Source: an uncultured bacterium
Lineage (GTDB): Bacteria > Acidobacteriota > Thermoanaerobaculia > Multivoradales > JAHZIX01
Direction of reading: 5' to 3'
DNA: 64,000 bases
Assembly: GCA_965368975.1 (NCBI GenBank)
Contig: CBDUPA010000005.1
Location: 128,001 to 192,000 of the forward strand
The notes beneath the pieces are model-generated. The model was not told the origin of the DNA. It saw nothing but the letters and a program-made list of their open reading frames with translations, and did no database searches. The translations under genes were made by a program, and so were the position numbers. The stretch's first letter is position 1, and the number at the start of each line of letters is the position of its first letter. Shown piece after piece: positions 26,943 through 37,115 of the stretch.

Positions 26943-27143
26943 ATGCGGCGAAAGGAGGCAATGCGTTGGTTGCTCTATCTATGTTGTTCCTTGCTACTTA
27001 CTGTGTGGACCTTCTCCGTTGGCGCAGGGATCAATTGTTATGACTGGAGTGACGGTGAGCAGTGTCAGACTGTTTGTATTATTTATGATGATGAAGGAAA
27101 TGAAACCGGTGTCATCAGAGGGCCCTTTCATGAGTGCAACTAG
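26943..27143 (+). CDS. Small secreted 4-Cys peptide (66 aa)
   Basis: RBS; signal peptide ending SVGA; mature GINCYDWSDGEQCQTVCIIYDDEGNETGVIRGPFHECN. Confidence 0.7.
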   Translation: MRRKEAMRWLLYLCCSLLLTVWTFSVGAGINCYDWSDGEQCQTVCIIYDDEGNETGVIRGPFHECN

Positions 27144-28242
27144 GCCTGGAAGGATGGAGTGGGCATGGATCTCTCCGGTCCTGCTCTTCGGGTTGTTATC
27201 GGCTTCTTCGGGGCTTGTTGCGGAATCGACCGCTTCCTTGACACCGCAAACACAGGGCGTGACTGAGGAAGACTTCGGAACGCAGTTCGTCGGAGCGGAT
27301 CGGGAGGGCCAGGTTTTCTTGTTGCAAGGAGAAAGCCTCGAGGTCTTTCAGCTCAAGTCAGACTTGAGCCTCGATCCGCATGTGCAGTTGATGAGGCCGT
27401 CCGAGATGGCGAGACCTGGTTTCGTTCGTTGGGCTGTTACCTCCGACGGAGACGAGTGGATTCTGCTGCGCAGTGATCTCTGGTGCACCAGTGAGCGCGA
27501 TACTGAGACCTTGCCCGCAGTCGGGTGGGCTTTGGATGCACTCACGTTGTTCAAGGGAGCTGCGATTGCCGCAGTGCGCCCCTTCGGCGTCGGTCGCACC
27601 CCTCAGCGCCGACGTATCGTTGCCGGTGAGCCGGCACCGCAGCTCATGATCCAGTCGGGGAACAAGTGGGATGTCTTTGCTGAAGCAGGCGTGTTTCCCA
27701 CGCCCGACGAGTATCGAAACGAATTCATGCGTATCGTGCAGGAGCGCTCAGTAGAGTTGGCGCCGGGGGGGAACCGTGGCGTTTGGGTTGCCGATCGCTA
27801 CCGCTATCGCATCCGACTCCTGAGCCCCGCCGGTAAGGAACTCACCGTGATCGCCGGAGATCCTGGAATCCAATTCGAAGATGCTGATGAGGACGAGGCA
27901 GCGGGGGAACTGCGAGAGCAAGCCGGTCCTGTGGCGGTGGGCAAATCGGTGTTGGCCAACACCGCGATTTCGACGCTTCGCGGGCTGGTGGAAGGCCCGG
28001 CGGGTGAGTTGTACGTGATTTCAAAGGTCGAGACGCTGGCTCTAGATCGCTACGATCCGGTCGAGGGGCAGGTCGAGAGGGTGCCTCTCGACATCGACTA
28101 TCAGGGGCGCTTCAGCCTGGCCGCAGGGGCCGATGGCTTGTACTTGGCAGCATTCAAGGGACACCTCGGACGCTGGTTCCTTTCTTGGGAGGCGCTGGAA
28201 GCTGCTCCCTGGCAGGTAGTGAAAGATTTGGAGATTCGTTGA
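27130..28242 (+). CDS. Secreted beta-propeller (NHL-like) protein
   Basis: Signal peptide; blade-like segments GVWVADRYRYRIRLLSPAGKEL and GLVEGPAGELYVI. Start at 27130 (overlapping the peptide gene) or 27154. Confidence 0.65.
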   Translation: MSATRPGRMEWAWISPVLLFGLLSASSGLVAESTASLTPQTQGVTEEDFGTQFVGADREGQVFLLQGESLEVFQLKSDLSLDPHVQLMRPSEMARPGFVRWAVTSDGDEWILLRSDLWCTSERDTETLPAVGWALDALTLFKGAAIAAVRPFGVGRTPQRRRIVAGEPAPQLMIQSGNKWDVFAEAGVFPTPDEYRNEFMRIVQERSVELAPGGNRGVWVADRYRYRIRLLSPAGKELTVIAGDPGIQFEDADEDEAAGELREQAGPVAVGKSVLANTAISTLRGLVEGPAGELYVISKVETLALDRYDPVEGQVERVPLDIDYQGRFSLAAGADGLYLAAFKGHLGRWFLSWEALEAAPWQVVKDLEIR

Positions 28243-28374
28243 TCTAGTTGTTGGGGTCATGAAACTGATGTCAGTTATGCCAGCGTGTAGACCTCGATCC
28301 TGGCCATGACTCTGATGCGAGGTTGCCTGCCCTGAAGCCTTCTTCGTCCAGCTTTCCCAGGGAGCATCTATTGA

Positions 28375-28830
28375 CTAAAAATCGACTGGCTCAGGCTCAT
28401 CGATCGTCTGAAATACATATTTTTGTTTGTCGATAGACCATGTGACGGAATACGCCAACGATGAGTCTGCCTCTACGCGATCGACTAGTTCTCCCGCGGT
28501 GACAACGAATAGAAATGCTTGGCAATAAGCAGGTCTGATCTCTGCTATTCCTTCAGCTGGAATTGTTGGGATTAAAGGTGGCTCATCTATTGTCCACTGA
28601 TAGACGATCTTCAGCTCCGATTTCGTGCCATTGTGCACGAGTAGAGCTTCGCCGCAAGAAGCTCTACTGGCATCACTCTTGACGATGAAACTCTCCGTTG
28701 GCTGTAGGTGCGGAGGCACTATCTCAATTCCAGTCATTGCATCCTCTCCGCTTACATTCAGAGCGCTTAGGCACAGGGCTGCGAAACAAGCTAGCAGTAG
28801 TACAACTACCGCGAGCCGACCAGATAGCAT
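28375..28830 (-). CDS. Hypothetical secreted protein
   Basis: Signal-like N-terminus MLSGRLAVVVLLLACF; low GC. Confidence 0.55.
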   Translation of the reverse strand: MLSGRLAVVVLLLACFAALCLSALNVSGEDAMTGIEIVPPHLQPTESFIVKSDASRASCGEALLVHNGTKSELKIVYQWTIDEPPLIPTIPAEGIAEIRPAYCQAFLFVVTAGELVDRVEADSSLAYSVTWSIDKQKYVFQTIDEPEPVDF

Positions 28831-28840
28831 GATCGATCTC

Positions 28841-29467
28841 CTATTCAGGGGGTTGATTGCTGGCATTCTGTATTGTTTGCTGATCTAAACTGCCGATCTC
28901 GGGAGCACTGGCAAAGATCCTGACGGTCGGGCGCTCTGTTACGCTTGTTGGTGGGTATGTGCCTGCGGAGGCGGCTACACCAGGTGGTGTTGGGTACTTA
29001 ACCGGGTAAATGAAGACGGCATAGACGAGCAAGTACGCGAGAGATACGAATAAGACTAACGCTGCAATCGAACGGGACCTGAAAGCTAGCGATACCAGTT
29101 GAGACTTCAGTTCGAGTTCGTTCACTCGTAGCGCCCTCTTGGCTTCCTTGGAGGCTGCTACGAATTGCCAGTAAGAAAAACTGATGCCACTAGCCGAAAA
29201 GAATACGGAAAGCCAAAATAGAATCTTTGTACTCCGTGCATGCCATTCGTAGGTCCTCTGAGTTTCCTGGTAAGTCCACTGTCGGTATAATTCATAACTG
29301 CGATGCGTCTGTATTAGGTCTTCACTAATCGACCCTTCGGGTGTTGGCAGGGTTGGTGAGTCCGCCAGCCAACCGTCTATCGCTGTCATGACAACGATCA
29401 GGGATATTATGAGCACTACAGAGGTTGCAACTAGGATTGGTCTTTTTCTACTTGGTGAACTACCCAT
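28841..29467 (-). CDS. Hypothetical three-TM membrane protein
   Basis: AGGAG RBS; three hydrophobic segments; low GC. Confidence 0.65.
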   Translation of the reverse strand: MGSSPSRKRPILVATSVVLIISLIVVMTAIDGWLADSPTLPTPEGSISEDLIQTHRSYELYRQWTYQETQRTYEWHARSTKILFWLSVFFSASGISFSYWQFVAASKEAKRALRVNELELKSQLVSLAFRSRSIAALVLFVSLAYLLVYAVFIYPVKYPTPPGVAASAGTYPPTSVTERPTVRIFASAPEIGSLDQQTIQNASNQPPE

Positions 29468-29729
29468 TCGATGTCTCCTGACGCAAGAGTTTCTGCTCTT
29501 CTTAAGCTAATCCTCCCAGGAGCTTAGCGTGACACTGCGAGGATAGACCTCCAGAGGAATGCAATCAAGCTCTCGAGCTAGCGCCGGGAAGTATCCCAAG
29601 GCTAGTAGGTGATATTGCGGAGCCTTTCTTTGAGAGCCGCGTGTCGAGCCTGCCAGGTCTGTGTGGATCGATGATGTCTCAGATCCCGCCGGTCAGCTAA
29701 AATGGTCCTTCAATGAATGGAGGTCCCTC

Positions 29730-30584
29730 ATGGCCAAGTGGCTCACCGGTTTCGTCGTTGCCCTCGTCGCTGCCCTCGCGGCTCTCTTCTTCTTCCTCGT
29801 CCGGCCTCTCGAAACCGAGCGTGCCGACCTGGAAGACCAGCTGGCGACCTGCCAGCAGGACCTGGTCGCGTGCAACAAGATGCGGGCACAGCTCGATTCA
29901 GAGCTGGAGAACAGCCGCGCTCTGCTCGAAGAGTTGAGTCAGCAGGCTTCCGAGCTGGAGCTGCAAGGCGCGGATCTGGAGCAGGAGCGAGAGAGGCTGC
30001 GCGGCGCGCTAGAGGCCAAGGAAGCCGAGATGGCCCAGCTGGCAGCGACGCGGGAGGACTTGGAGAGCCAGCTGGAGCAGGAGATTGCGCAGGGGGAGGC
30101 GAAGGTGCGGCGGATCCGCGACTCGCTGCGCGTCGACCTGGTGGACCGGATTCTCTTCGGCTCCGGCGAAGCCACACTCAAGCCCGAGGGCATGGAGGTG
30201 CTGCGGCGAGTGGCGCCGGCGTTGAAGAACGCTGCACGCCACATCGAGGTGCAGGGACACACGGACAATGTGGTGATCCAGGGGCAGCTGGCCGAGACCT
30301 ACCCGACGAATTGGGAGCTGTCCGTGGCGCGGGCGGTCAACGTGCTGCGCTTTCTACAGCAGGAAGCGGGGCTGGAGCCGCAGCGGTTGTCGGCGGCGGG
30401 GTTCTCGAAGTTCCAGCCGCGGGCGAGCAACGTCACCGAGGAAGGACGCGCCGCCAACCGGCGCATCGAGATCTTGCTCAAGCCGCTGCTGCCCGTGCTG
30501 GAGGACGCCGACGCGTCGGTGGAAGCTGCGGCGGTGGAAGCCACGACTCCGGACCCGTCGACGTCCGGTGAAGCGGCGATCTAG
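29730..30584 (+). CDS. OmpA/MotB-family peptidoglycan-binding protein with coiled coil
   Basis: N-terminal TM, coiled coil, ILFGSG, VQGHTDN, NWELSVARA, NRRIEI. GGAGG RBS. Confidence 0.9.
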   Translation: MAKWLTGFVVALVAALAALFFFLVRPLETERADLEDQLATCQQDLVACNKMRAQLDSELENSRALLEELSQQASELELQGADLEQERERLRGALEAKEAEMAQLAATREDLESQLEQEIAQGEAKVRRIRDSLRVDLVDRILFGSGEATLKPEGMEVLRRVAPALKNAARHIEVQGHTDNVVIQGQLAETYPTNWELSVARAVNVLRFLQQEAGLEPQRLSAAGFSKFQPRASNVTEEGRAANRRIEILLKPLLPVLEDADASVEAAAVEATTPDPSTSGEAAI

Positions 30585-32953
30585 CGACCGCCCTCGGCGC
30601 GCATCGGCTGCTGGCGCTGGTAGAGGCGCAGGCGGTTGCCGAGGGCGCCAGCGACGTCTTGACGCTCAGCCGCTTGCGCCAGCTCAATGGCGCGGTTGAT
30701 CACCGTGACGGCGTCGTCATAGCGGCCGGCCTCGGCGTAGGCAGCCGCCAGGGTGTCGAGGCAGACGAGGTCGCCACCGCCGGTGATACCGCAGGCGGTC
30801 TCGGCGAGCAGGACGGCGCGTTCGCCGTTGCGGATGGCGTCGTCGGGGTGCGTGGCGTAGGTCCACGCCAAGCTCGACGCCAGCGGTGCCCAGTCGCCGC
30901 GCAGTTCGAGTGCTCGCTCGTAGCTGGCAAGGGCTCCCGGCAATTGGCCTTGCGACGCCAGTACCTTGCCCAGGTTGTAGTGCGCTTCCGGACTGTTGGG
31001 TGCTGCCAAGACGGCGTCTTGCAGCAGGGTCTCGGCATCGTCGAGACGGTCGGCGGCAGCGTAGGCGGTGGCCAGGCGGACGTAGGTGCTGGCATCGTCC
31101 GGTCGCAATTCGATGGCTCTCTGCAGCCAGGTTGCGCCGTCCTCCAGATTGCCAGCCTGCAAGTAGGCCGAGCCTAGATTGAAGGCGGCTTCGCGGTAGT
31201 CGGGGCGTAGCTCCAGGGCTTGCTCGAAGTGTTGCAGGGCCTCGTCGCGCTCCCCGGTCTGCCACAGCGAGGCGGCCAGGTTGTTGTGTGCTTCGGCACT
31301 GCTCGGTTGTTGCTCCAGGCCGGTGCGCAGGAAGGGGACGGCATCGGCCGCCTTGCCTTGTCTTAGCAAGGCGGCGCCGAGGTTGAGATAGGCCTTGGGG
31401 TTGTTACCCTCGTTCAGGCGTAGCGACTCCTGGTACTGCGCCACCGCCTGCTCGAACTGACCACGGTGCGACAGCGCCATGCCGAGGTTGGCGTAGGCGG
31501 AGTCGTTGGGCACCAGCTGGATCGACGTCGAGAGATGACCGATGGCCTCGTTGAGCAGTGCACCGCGTGCGCTGTCGTCAGTGCCTGCGGCCGGTTCAGC
31601 GTCCTGGTACTCGGTGAGCAGCGCGGCTCCCAGGTTGTTATGGGCGCGGGCGTTGTCGGGACGCTTGGTGACGGTGTCGCGCAGGATGGTCAGTGCGCTG
31701 TCGTAGTCGGCGAGGCGCTGCAGCGTGCCGAAGGCCAGAACACCGGCCAGCAGCACCGCGACGCCTGCTGCGACGGGTCGCAAGGCAGCCGCACGTCGAC
31801 GCAGTAGGGCATCGACGCCGAAGACGACGGCCAGCACCAGCGCTGCCAGAGGCAGGTACATGCGACGCTCGGCGGCGACCTCGGTGAGGATCGGCAGCAC
31901 GCTGGAGGTTGGCGCCAGCAGCAGGAAGAAGGCGGCGCCGAAGAACGACCAGGCCTTACCTCGCACCAGCCCCCAGACGCTGAGCGCCAGTAGCACGGTG
32001 AGCAGCAGTGCGGGCGCGGCCACCTCGCCCCAGCCGGTGGCGATCGGCCAGTCGTCGTAATCGAGTACCAGCGGATCCGGCCACACGGCCAGGCGCAGGT
32101 AGTGGACGACGACGCCAGCCTGCGTGCGCAGGTAGTCGAGCGCCGTCAGGTCGGCAAAGCCGAAGCCGGCGGAGGCACTGCGCGAACCGGTGCTGACGAG
32201 CAGCGCCAAGAGGCCCCAGCAAGCCGCTAGACCGCCGTAGAGCGGGCCGCGTTGACGCAGGGCGCCGAGCCACGAGCCGGCGAGGAAGAGGCGATCGAAG
32301 ATCAGCACCAGGATCGGGGCGACGACCATCACTTCCTTGGATGCCATGCCCGCCGCGCAGGCGATGACCGCGGCTAGCCACCAGCCCTTGGCGTCGTTGT
32401 TCTCGCTGGTGCGACCTTTGTCGTCGCCCTCGCGGCTGCCATGCGCACGAAGTACGCAGTAGAAGGTCAGCAGAAAGCAGACGCTGAACAGCAGTTCCGT
32501 GCGCTGGATGGTGTAGGCCACCGCCTCACTGAGCAGCGGGTGCAGTGCCCACAGCAGCGCGGCCAGAAAGGCTAGCCAGCGCGCCTGCTCGACGGTGAAG
32601 CGGTCATCAAAGATAGGCAGCGTCGAGGTGCGGCAGACGAGGGCGAAGAGCAGCAGTGCGGCGGCCAGATGCAGCAGCAGGTTGACCACGTGATAGCCGG
32701 TCGGATCGAGGCCGCCGAACGCGTAGTTGACCGCGAGCGTCAAGCTGGTCAGCGGCCGGCCGGTGAGAGGCGAGTTGTCTGGCGTGTCGAAGGCCGTGGA
32801 CAGCGAGCGGATGCTCGGGTTCTCGACGATCGCCCGTTCGTCGTCGAACAGAAAGGGGCCGTCGAAGCTGCCCAGGTAGACGGCGGCGACCGCCAGGATC
32901 AGGACCAGCGGTAGCCAGCGGGTCCAGGTGGAGGTGGTCGTGGTTTCAGTCAT
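30581..32953 (-). CDS. TMTC-like GT-C membrane glycosyltransferase with TPR array
   Basis: FLFDD, GRPL, ALHPL..EAVAY..QR.E, SKE, ERRMYLP, many TPRs. Confidence 0.85.
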   Translation of the reverse strand: MTETTTTSTWTRWLPLVLILAVAAVYLGSFDGPFLFDDERAIVENPSIRSLSTAFDTPDNSPLTGRPLTSLTLAVNYAFGGLDPTGYHVVNLLLHLAAALLLFALVCRTSTLPIFDDRFTVEQARWLAFLAALLWALHPLLSEAVAYTIQRTELLFSVCFLLTFYCVLRAHGSREGDDKGRTSENNDAKGWWLAAVIACAAGMASKEVMVVAPILVLIFDRLFLAGSWLGALRQRGPLYGGLAACWGLLALLVSTGSRSASAGFGFADLTALDYLRTQAGVVVHYLRLAVWPDPLVLDYDDWPIATGWGEVAAPALLLTVLLALSVWGLVRGKAWSFFGAAFFLLLAPTSSVLPILTEVAAERRMYLPLAALVLAVVFGVDALLRRRAAALRPVAAGVAVLLAGVLAFGTLQRLADYDSALTILRDTVTKRPDNARAHNNLGAALLTEYQDAEPAAGTDDSARGALLNEAIGHLSTSIQLVPNDSAYANLGMALSHRGQFEQAVAQYQESLRLNEGNNPKAYLNLGAALLRQGKAADAVPFLRTGLEQQPSSAEAHNNLAASLWQTGERDEALQHFEQALELRPDYREAAFNLGSAYLQAGNLEDGATWLQRAIELRPDDASTYVRLATAYAAADRLDDAETLLQDAVLAAPNSPEAHYNLGKVLASQGQLPGALASYERALELRGDWAPLASSLAWTYATHPDDAIRNGERAVLLAETACGITGGGDLVCLDTLAAAYAEAGRYDDAVTVINRAIELAQAAERQDVAGALGNRLRLYQRQQPMRAEGGR

Positions 32954-33016
32954 GATGTTTTCCTAGGTCAGGGCTGGGTCCGGATAGCGAATCTGGGTAG
33001 GGCAGGCCTCGCGCTC

Positions 33017-35233
33017 TCATTCCCCTGTCAACGCCTCGAGTTGCTGTTCAATTCCTTCGATCAGTTCCGGCGGCCCCTGCTGGCGCGCCAGCTGCAGCGC
33101 CAGCTCCAGCTCGGCGCCGCCGCCCCGCGTTTCGCCGCTCTGCAAAAGCGCCTGCGCCAGCATGACGCGCGCGCGCGGGTCGCGCGGCTGTAGGGTGACG
33201 CCGTTGCGCAGATGCTGCACTGCCTCGCCGGCACGCCCCCGGGTCAGCAACGCGACACCGTAGCTGAGCTGGGCGGCGGCGTTGTTCGGGTCGAGACGCA
33301 GGCCCTCGGCATAGGAGGCGAGGGCCGCTTCATCGTTGCCGCTGGCGCTCAGAGCGGCGCCCAGATTGACGTGCGCTTCCGCCAGATCCGGCTGCAGCCC
33401 GACGGCGCGTCGCAGGGCTGTCACGGCCGCCGCGTCGTCACCGGTGCCGAGCAGCGACGTCCCAAGGTTGAAATACGCCTGCGCCATGTTCGGGCCGAGC
33501 TCGACGGCGCGCCGGAACGCCGCCAAGGCCTCGGCAGGGCGATGGCCGGTTTCCAGACTGAGCCCGCGGCGCAGATGTAGCTGCGCTTCCTCGGGCTCCA
33601 GTTCCAGCGCTTCGTCGTAGAGCACCAAGGCTTCTTGCCAGGCGCCTCGTTGGCGCAACAAGTCGCCGAGAGCGGCGCGTGGTGCAACCAGATTCGGCGC
33701 CAGAAGGGCGGCACGACGCAGAGACGCTTCCGCCTCCTGGATACGTCCCTGCTCGAGCAGGAGATTGCCCAGGCCGAGGTGCGCCTCGGCGTACTCTGGA
33801 TGGATGCGCAGGGCCTCGGTATAGGCCGCCAACGCCTCGTCCGTGCGCCCCGCACGTGCCAGCGCTTGTGCCCGACCCTGGTGGGCGATCTCGGACACCG
33901 GATTGCTACGGGCCCACTGGCTGTGGAAGGCCAGTGGGTCGCGGAAGTGGACGCCGCGATGGAAGCTGGTAGCCGCGGCCAGCACCACCAGGACTCCGAG
34001 CAGGGCGGTCCGTCGGTGGCTCGCCGTACCCGTCCAGCTGACCTGACGGCTGAGTAGCGCCGCCGCTGGTGCCAGCAGTCCGAAGGCGGCGAGGAAGATG
34101 TAGCGCTCGGAGAACGGCGCTTCCTGCACCAGCAAGTTGGCGGTGGCCAGCTGGGTGAGGATGAACCAGGCGGCGGCGAAGAGCGTCAGCTTGCCGAGAT
34201 CCTCGCGCCGCCGCCACAATCCGCGCAGCAAGACGACGAGCAGCGCCGCGGCCAGCGTCAGGCGCAGCGGCGACACCCACACGGCCAGGGGCGGCTCGTA
34301 GTTGAGCTGCCAGAACGGCACGATCAGCGCTTGCAGCGCGTAGACGTAGGACAGTGGTGGCACCCAGGGGCGCTCCAGCACCGCGAGCTCGAACTCCTGG
34401 CCCCCGAACAGGGCCTGGCGCGCGGTGAAGTAGACGATCACGACCAAGGCCATGCCGCCGTAGCGTGCAGCGCGGTGGAACCAGGTCGAAGATGCGTGCG
34501 GCTCGTGGAGCTTCAGGAGCTCGGCCAGGAGCAGGAGCGCGGGCAGCACCACCATCTGCTCCTTACCGAACAGGGCGCCAGCGAAGGCCACGACGGTGAG
34601 CGCTGACCACAGCCAGCCCGAGCGCAGGAAGGCGTAGAGCGTGCACACGGCGAAGACTGCCGGCAGCAGCGTTTCGCGTCCCGACGCCGCCGGATAGACG
34701 CACGACGAGGCCACCGGGTGCAGGGCGAACAGCATCGCCGCGGCGAGTGAAGGCACGCGGCTGATCTGCCTGCCGGACGCCAGGCGCGGCTGGCGGAGCA
34801 CGCCGTAGGTCACCAGGCACAGCAGGCCGGCGAGCAGGGCGTTGAAGGCATGGAACGGGAAGGGGTCGTTGCCGTGCAGGGCCTTCTGCACCAGCAGCGT
34901 GGCGCGCGTCACCGGCCGGTAGTAGGCCAATCCCGGGAAGTGACGCTCGGCAAAGTAGCCGGCAACGTCTCCCAGGCTCTCGGGCGGCTGCTGCACCAGG
35001 ATCACCTCGACATCGTCGTAGATGAACGCATTGGGCGCCGCGGCGATGGCATAGCCGATGGTGATCAGCAGAGCCGCCAGTGCCGGTAGCCAGGGTCGCC
35101 ACCACGCCGGCACATGCCCCTGTCCGGCATCGGCCGCTGCTTCCGCTTTCGACCCTGCAGAGGGCGAAACGGGCGATGGGGATGCCGGCAGGGGAGCTTT
35201 CTTGTTGGGCTTCTTGCGCTTACGTCGAGCCAT
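33017..35233 (-). CDS. Second TMTC-like GT-C glycosyltransferase with TPR array
   Basis: FIYDD, YYRPV, FALHP, GKE, SERYIFL, TPRs. Confidence 0.85.
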   Translation of the reverse strand: MARRKRKKPNKKAPLPASPSPVSPSAGSKAEAAADAGQGHVPAWWRPWLPALAALLITIGYAIAAAPNAFIYDDVEVILVQQPPESLGDVAGYFAERHFPGLAYYRPVTRATLLVQKALHGNDPFPFHAFNALLAGLLCLVTYGVLRQPRLASGRQISRVPSLAAAMLFALHPVASSCVYPAASGRETLLPAVFAVCTLYAFLRSGWLWSALTVVAFAGALFGKEQMVVLPALLLLAELLKLHEPHASSTWFHRAARYGGMALVVIVYFTARQALFGGQEFELAVLERPWVPPLSYVYALQALIVPFWQLNYEPPLAVWVSPLRLTLAAALLVVLLRGLWRRREDLGKLTLFAAAWFILTQLATANLLVQEAPFSERYIFLAAFGLLAPAAALLSRQVSWTGTASHRRTALLGVLVVLAAATSFHRGVHFRDPLAFHSQWARSNPVSEIAHQGRAQALARAGRTDEALAAYTEALRIHPEYAEAHLGLGNLLLEQGRIQEAEASLRRAALLAPNLVAPRAALGDLLRQRGAWQEALVLYDEALELEPEEAQLHLRRGLSLETGHRPAEALAAFRRAVELGPNMAQAYFNLGTSLLGTGDDAAAVTALRRAVGLQPDLAEAHVNLGAALSASGNDEAALASYAEGLRLDPNNAAAQLSYGVALLTRGRAGEAVQHLRNGVTLQPRDPRARVMLAQALLQSGETRGGGAELELALQLARQQGPPELIEGIEQQLEALTGE

Positions 35234-35311
35234 GGGGCCGGCAGTATATCGGGACTCCGTGCTAAACTGTATCTTCTGCCGCCCGCCCCCCGACGCCGCT
35301 TCAACCTCCGC

Positions 35312-37105
35312 ATGAATACCACCCGAGCTGTCTTCGCGCTGTCGCTGCTTTCCTGCCTCGCCCAGGCTTGTCTTCCGGCCGCCGACCAGGGGGCATCAGG
35401 TCGTGACGCCGTGGGGCGCGATGCAGGGGCGAAAGCGGGTCTCTTCATCGACGCTAGCGAGCGCGCCGGGCTCGATTTCGAGCACGTCAACGGCATGCAG
35501 GGGCAGCTAACGATCATCGAGATCATGGGGCCAGGTGCCGGTCTCTTCGACGCCGACGGGGACGGCGATCTCGATCTGTTGCTGCCGCAAGGTCATCCGC
35601 TGGTGCCAGGTTGGAAGCCGCAAGCGAATGACACGGCGCATCCTCGCTTCTACCGCAACCAGTTGCGCGAGAGTGGTGAGCTACGGTTCGTCGACGCCAG
35701 TGTCGAGGCTGGTTTCTCACAGTCTGCCGGGCACGGTTACGGTGTGGGTGTCGCCACGGGAGACGTCGACGGTGACGGCCACGTCGACCTGCTGATCACC
35801 CACCACGGACCTGACGTGCTGTGGCGCAATCGCGGTGACGGGACCTTCGAGCCGCGCACGCTTCCTGGCACGGACGGCTGGAGTACTGGCGCCACCTTCG
35901 CCGACCTCGACCGCGACGGCGACCTCGATCTCTTCGTGGTCGGCTACATCGAGCAGAATCTCGACACCCTCCGGCCCTGCCGCTCCGAGAGCGGCGCGCT
36001 CGACTACTGCCGGCCGACGCTGTGGCCACCGGTGCAGGATCGTCTCTACCGCAATGACGGTGATGGTGGCTTCGAAGACGTGACCGCCGAGGTCGGCATG
36101 GATGTCCGCGCCGGGGGCACGACCGGCGCCGGTCTCGGCGTCATCGCGGCCGACCTCGACGACGATGGTCGACTCGACCTCTACGTCGCCAACGACGGCA
36201 TGGCCAACCAGCTGTGGCACCAGCAAGACGATGGCACGTTCGACGATCTCGGTGCCCTTTCCGGAACCGCTTTCAACCGCGAAGGCAAGGCTGAGGCGGG
36301 GATGGGCGTCGATGCGCAGGACTATGACCTCGACGGCGACCTCGACCTCTTCGTCACCCACCTCGCCGGTGAGACCAACACGCTCTATGTGAACGCTGGG
36401 GACCTGCTGTTCGACGATCGCACCCCGGCTTCCGGCCTCGGCCCGCCGAGCCTGCCCTTCACCTCGTTCGGCACCCGCTGGCTCGACGTCGACTTCGACA
36501 ACCGACTCGACCTGCTGGTGGTCAGCGGTGAGGTGCGGCACCTGCAGGCGCAGCGCGAAGCCGGGATCGAGCTGCCGCTGCGCCAGCCGTCGCAGCTCTT
36601 CGTGCAGGCAAGAACGAATTCGGGCGAACCGCGCTACCGCGACGCCACGACCGATGGTGGCCTTCCCCTCGGCGAGCCGCGTGTCTATCGTGCGGCTGCC
36701 TTCGGGGATCTCGACGACGACGGGGACACCGATGCCGTGGTGACGGTCAACAACGGGGCCGCCCGCGTCTGGCTCCGCGCCGGCAGCCCTAGAGGGCCCT
36801 GGACCGGTCTGCGCCTGATCGAGGGCATATCGATCAAGGGTGCCATCGTTGAACGGGACTTGCTCGGTGCCGAAGTTTGGGTGGTTCTCGACGACGGTAC
36901 GACCCTGCGCCGGCGTGCGCACAGCGACGGCAGCTACCTCGCGGCGCACGACCCGCGTATCCTGGTAGTCGGGCGGGTCGAGTATGCCGAGGTGCATTGG
37001 CCGGACGACCGGGCCAGCCTGCCACGTAAAGAGATCTTCAGCGGTCTCGAGCCCAACCGCTACCACGCGCTCCGCCGAGGGGCCGGAGAGCCAGCTTCTG
37101 AATGA
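35312..37105 (+). CDS. CRTAC1-family FG-GAP repeat / ASPIC-UnbV protein (probable lipoprotein)
   Basis: Repeated DxDGDGDLDL motifs, YVANDG, GMG, SDGSYLA; lipobox-like AQAC. Confidence 0.9.
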   Translation: MNTTRAVFALSLLSCLAQACLPAADQGASGRDAVGRDAGAKAGLFIDASERAGLDFEHVNGMQGQLTIIEIMGPGAGLFDADGDGDLDLLLPQGHPLVPGWKPQANDTAHPRFYRNQLRESGELRFVDASVEAGFSQSAGHGYGVGVATGDVDGDGHVDLLITHHGPDVLWRNRGDGTFEPRTLPGTDGWSTGATFADLDRDGDLDLFVVGYIEQNLDTLRPCRSESGALDYCRPTLWPPVQDRLYRNDGDGGFEDVTAEVGMDVRAGGTTGAGLGVIAADLDDDGRLDLYVANDGMANQLWHQQDDGTFDDLGALSGTAFNREGKAEAGMGVDAQDYDLDGDLDLFVTHLAGETNTLYVNAGDLLFDDRTPASGLGPPSLPFTSFGTRWLDVDFDNRLDLLVVSGEVRHLQAQREAGIELPLRQPSQLFVQARTNSGEPRYRDATTDGGLPLGEPRVYRAAAFGDLDDDGDTDAVVTVNNGAARVWLRAGSPRGPWTGLRLIEGISIKGAIVERDLLGAEVWVVLDDGTTLRRRAHSDGSYLAAHDPRILVVGRVEYAEVHWPDDRASLPRKEIFSGLEPNRYHALRRGAGEPASE

Positions 37106-37115
37106 GAGTATCCGC

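Noticed and set aside
26860-29660. Prophage, IS or integron as the source of the low-GC region
   Set aside because: No integrase, transposase, tRNA target, terminal repeats or recognisable attC sites.
29730-30584. Flagellar motB
   Set aside because: No motA neighbour and no Asp-containing WxxxxxD TM motif; called a generic OmpA/MotB-domain protein.
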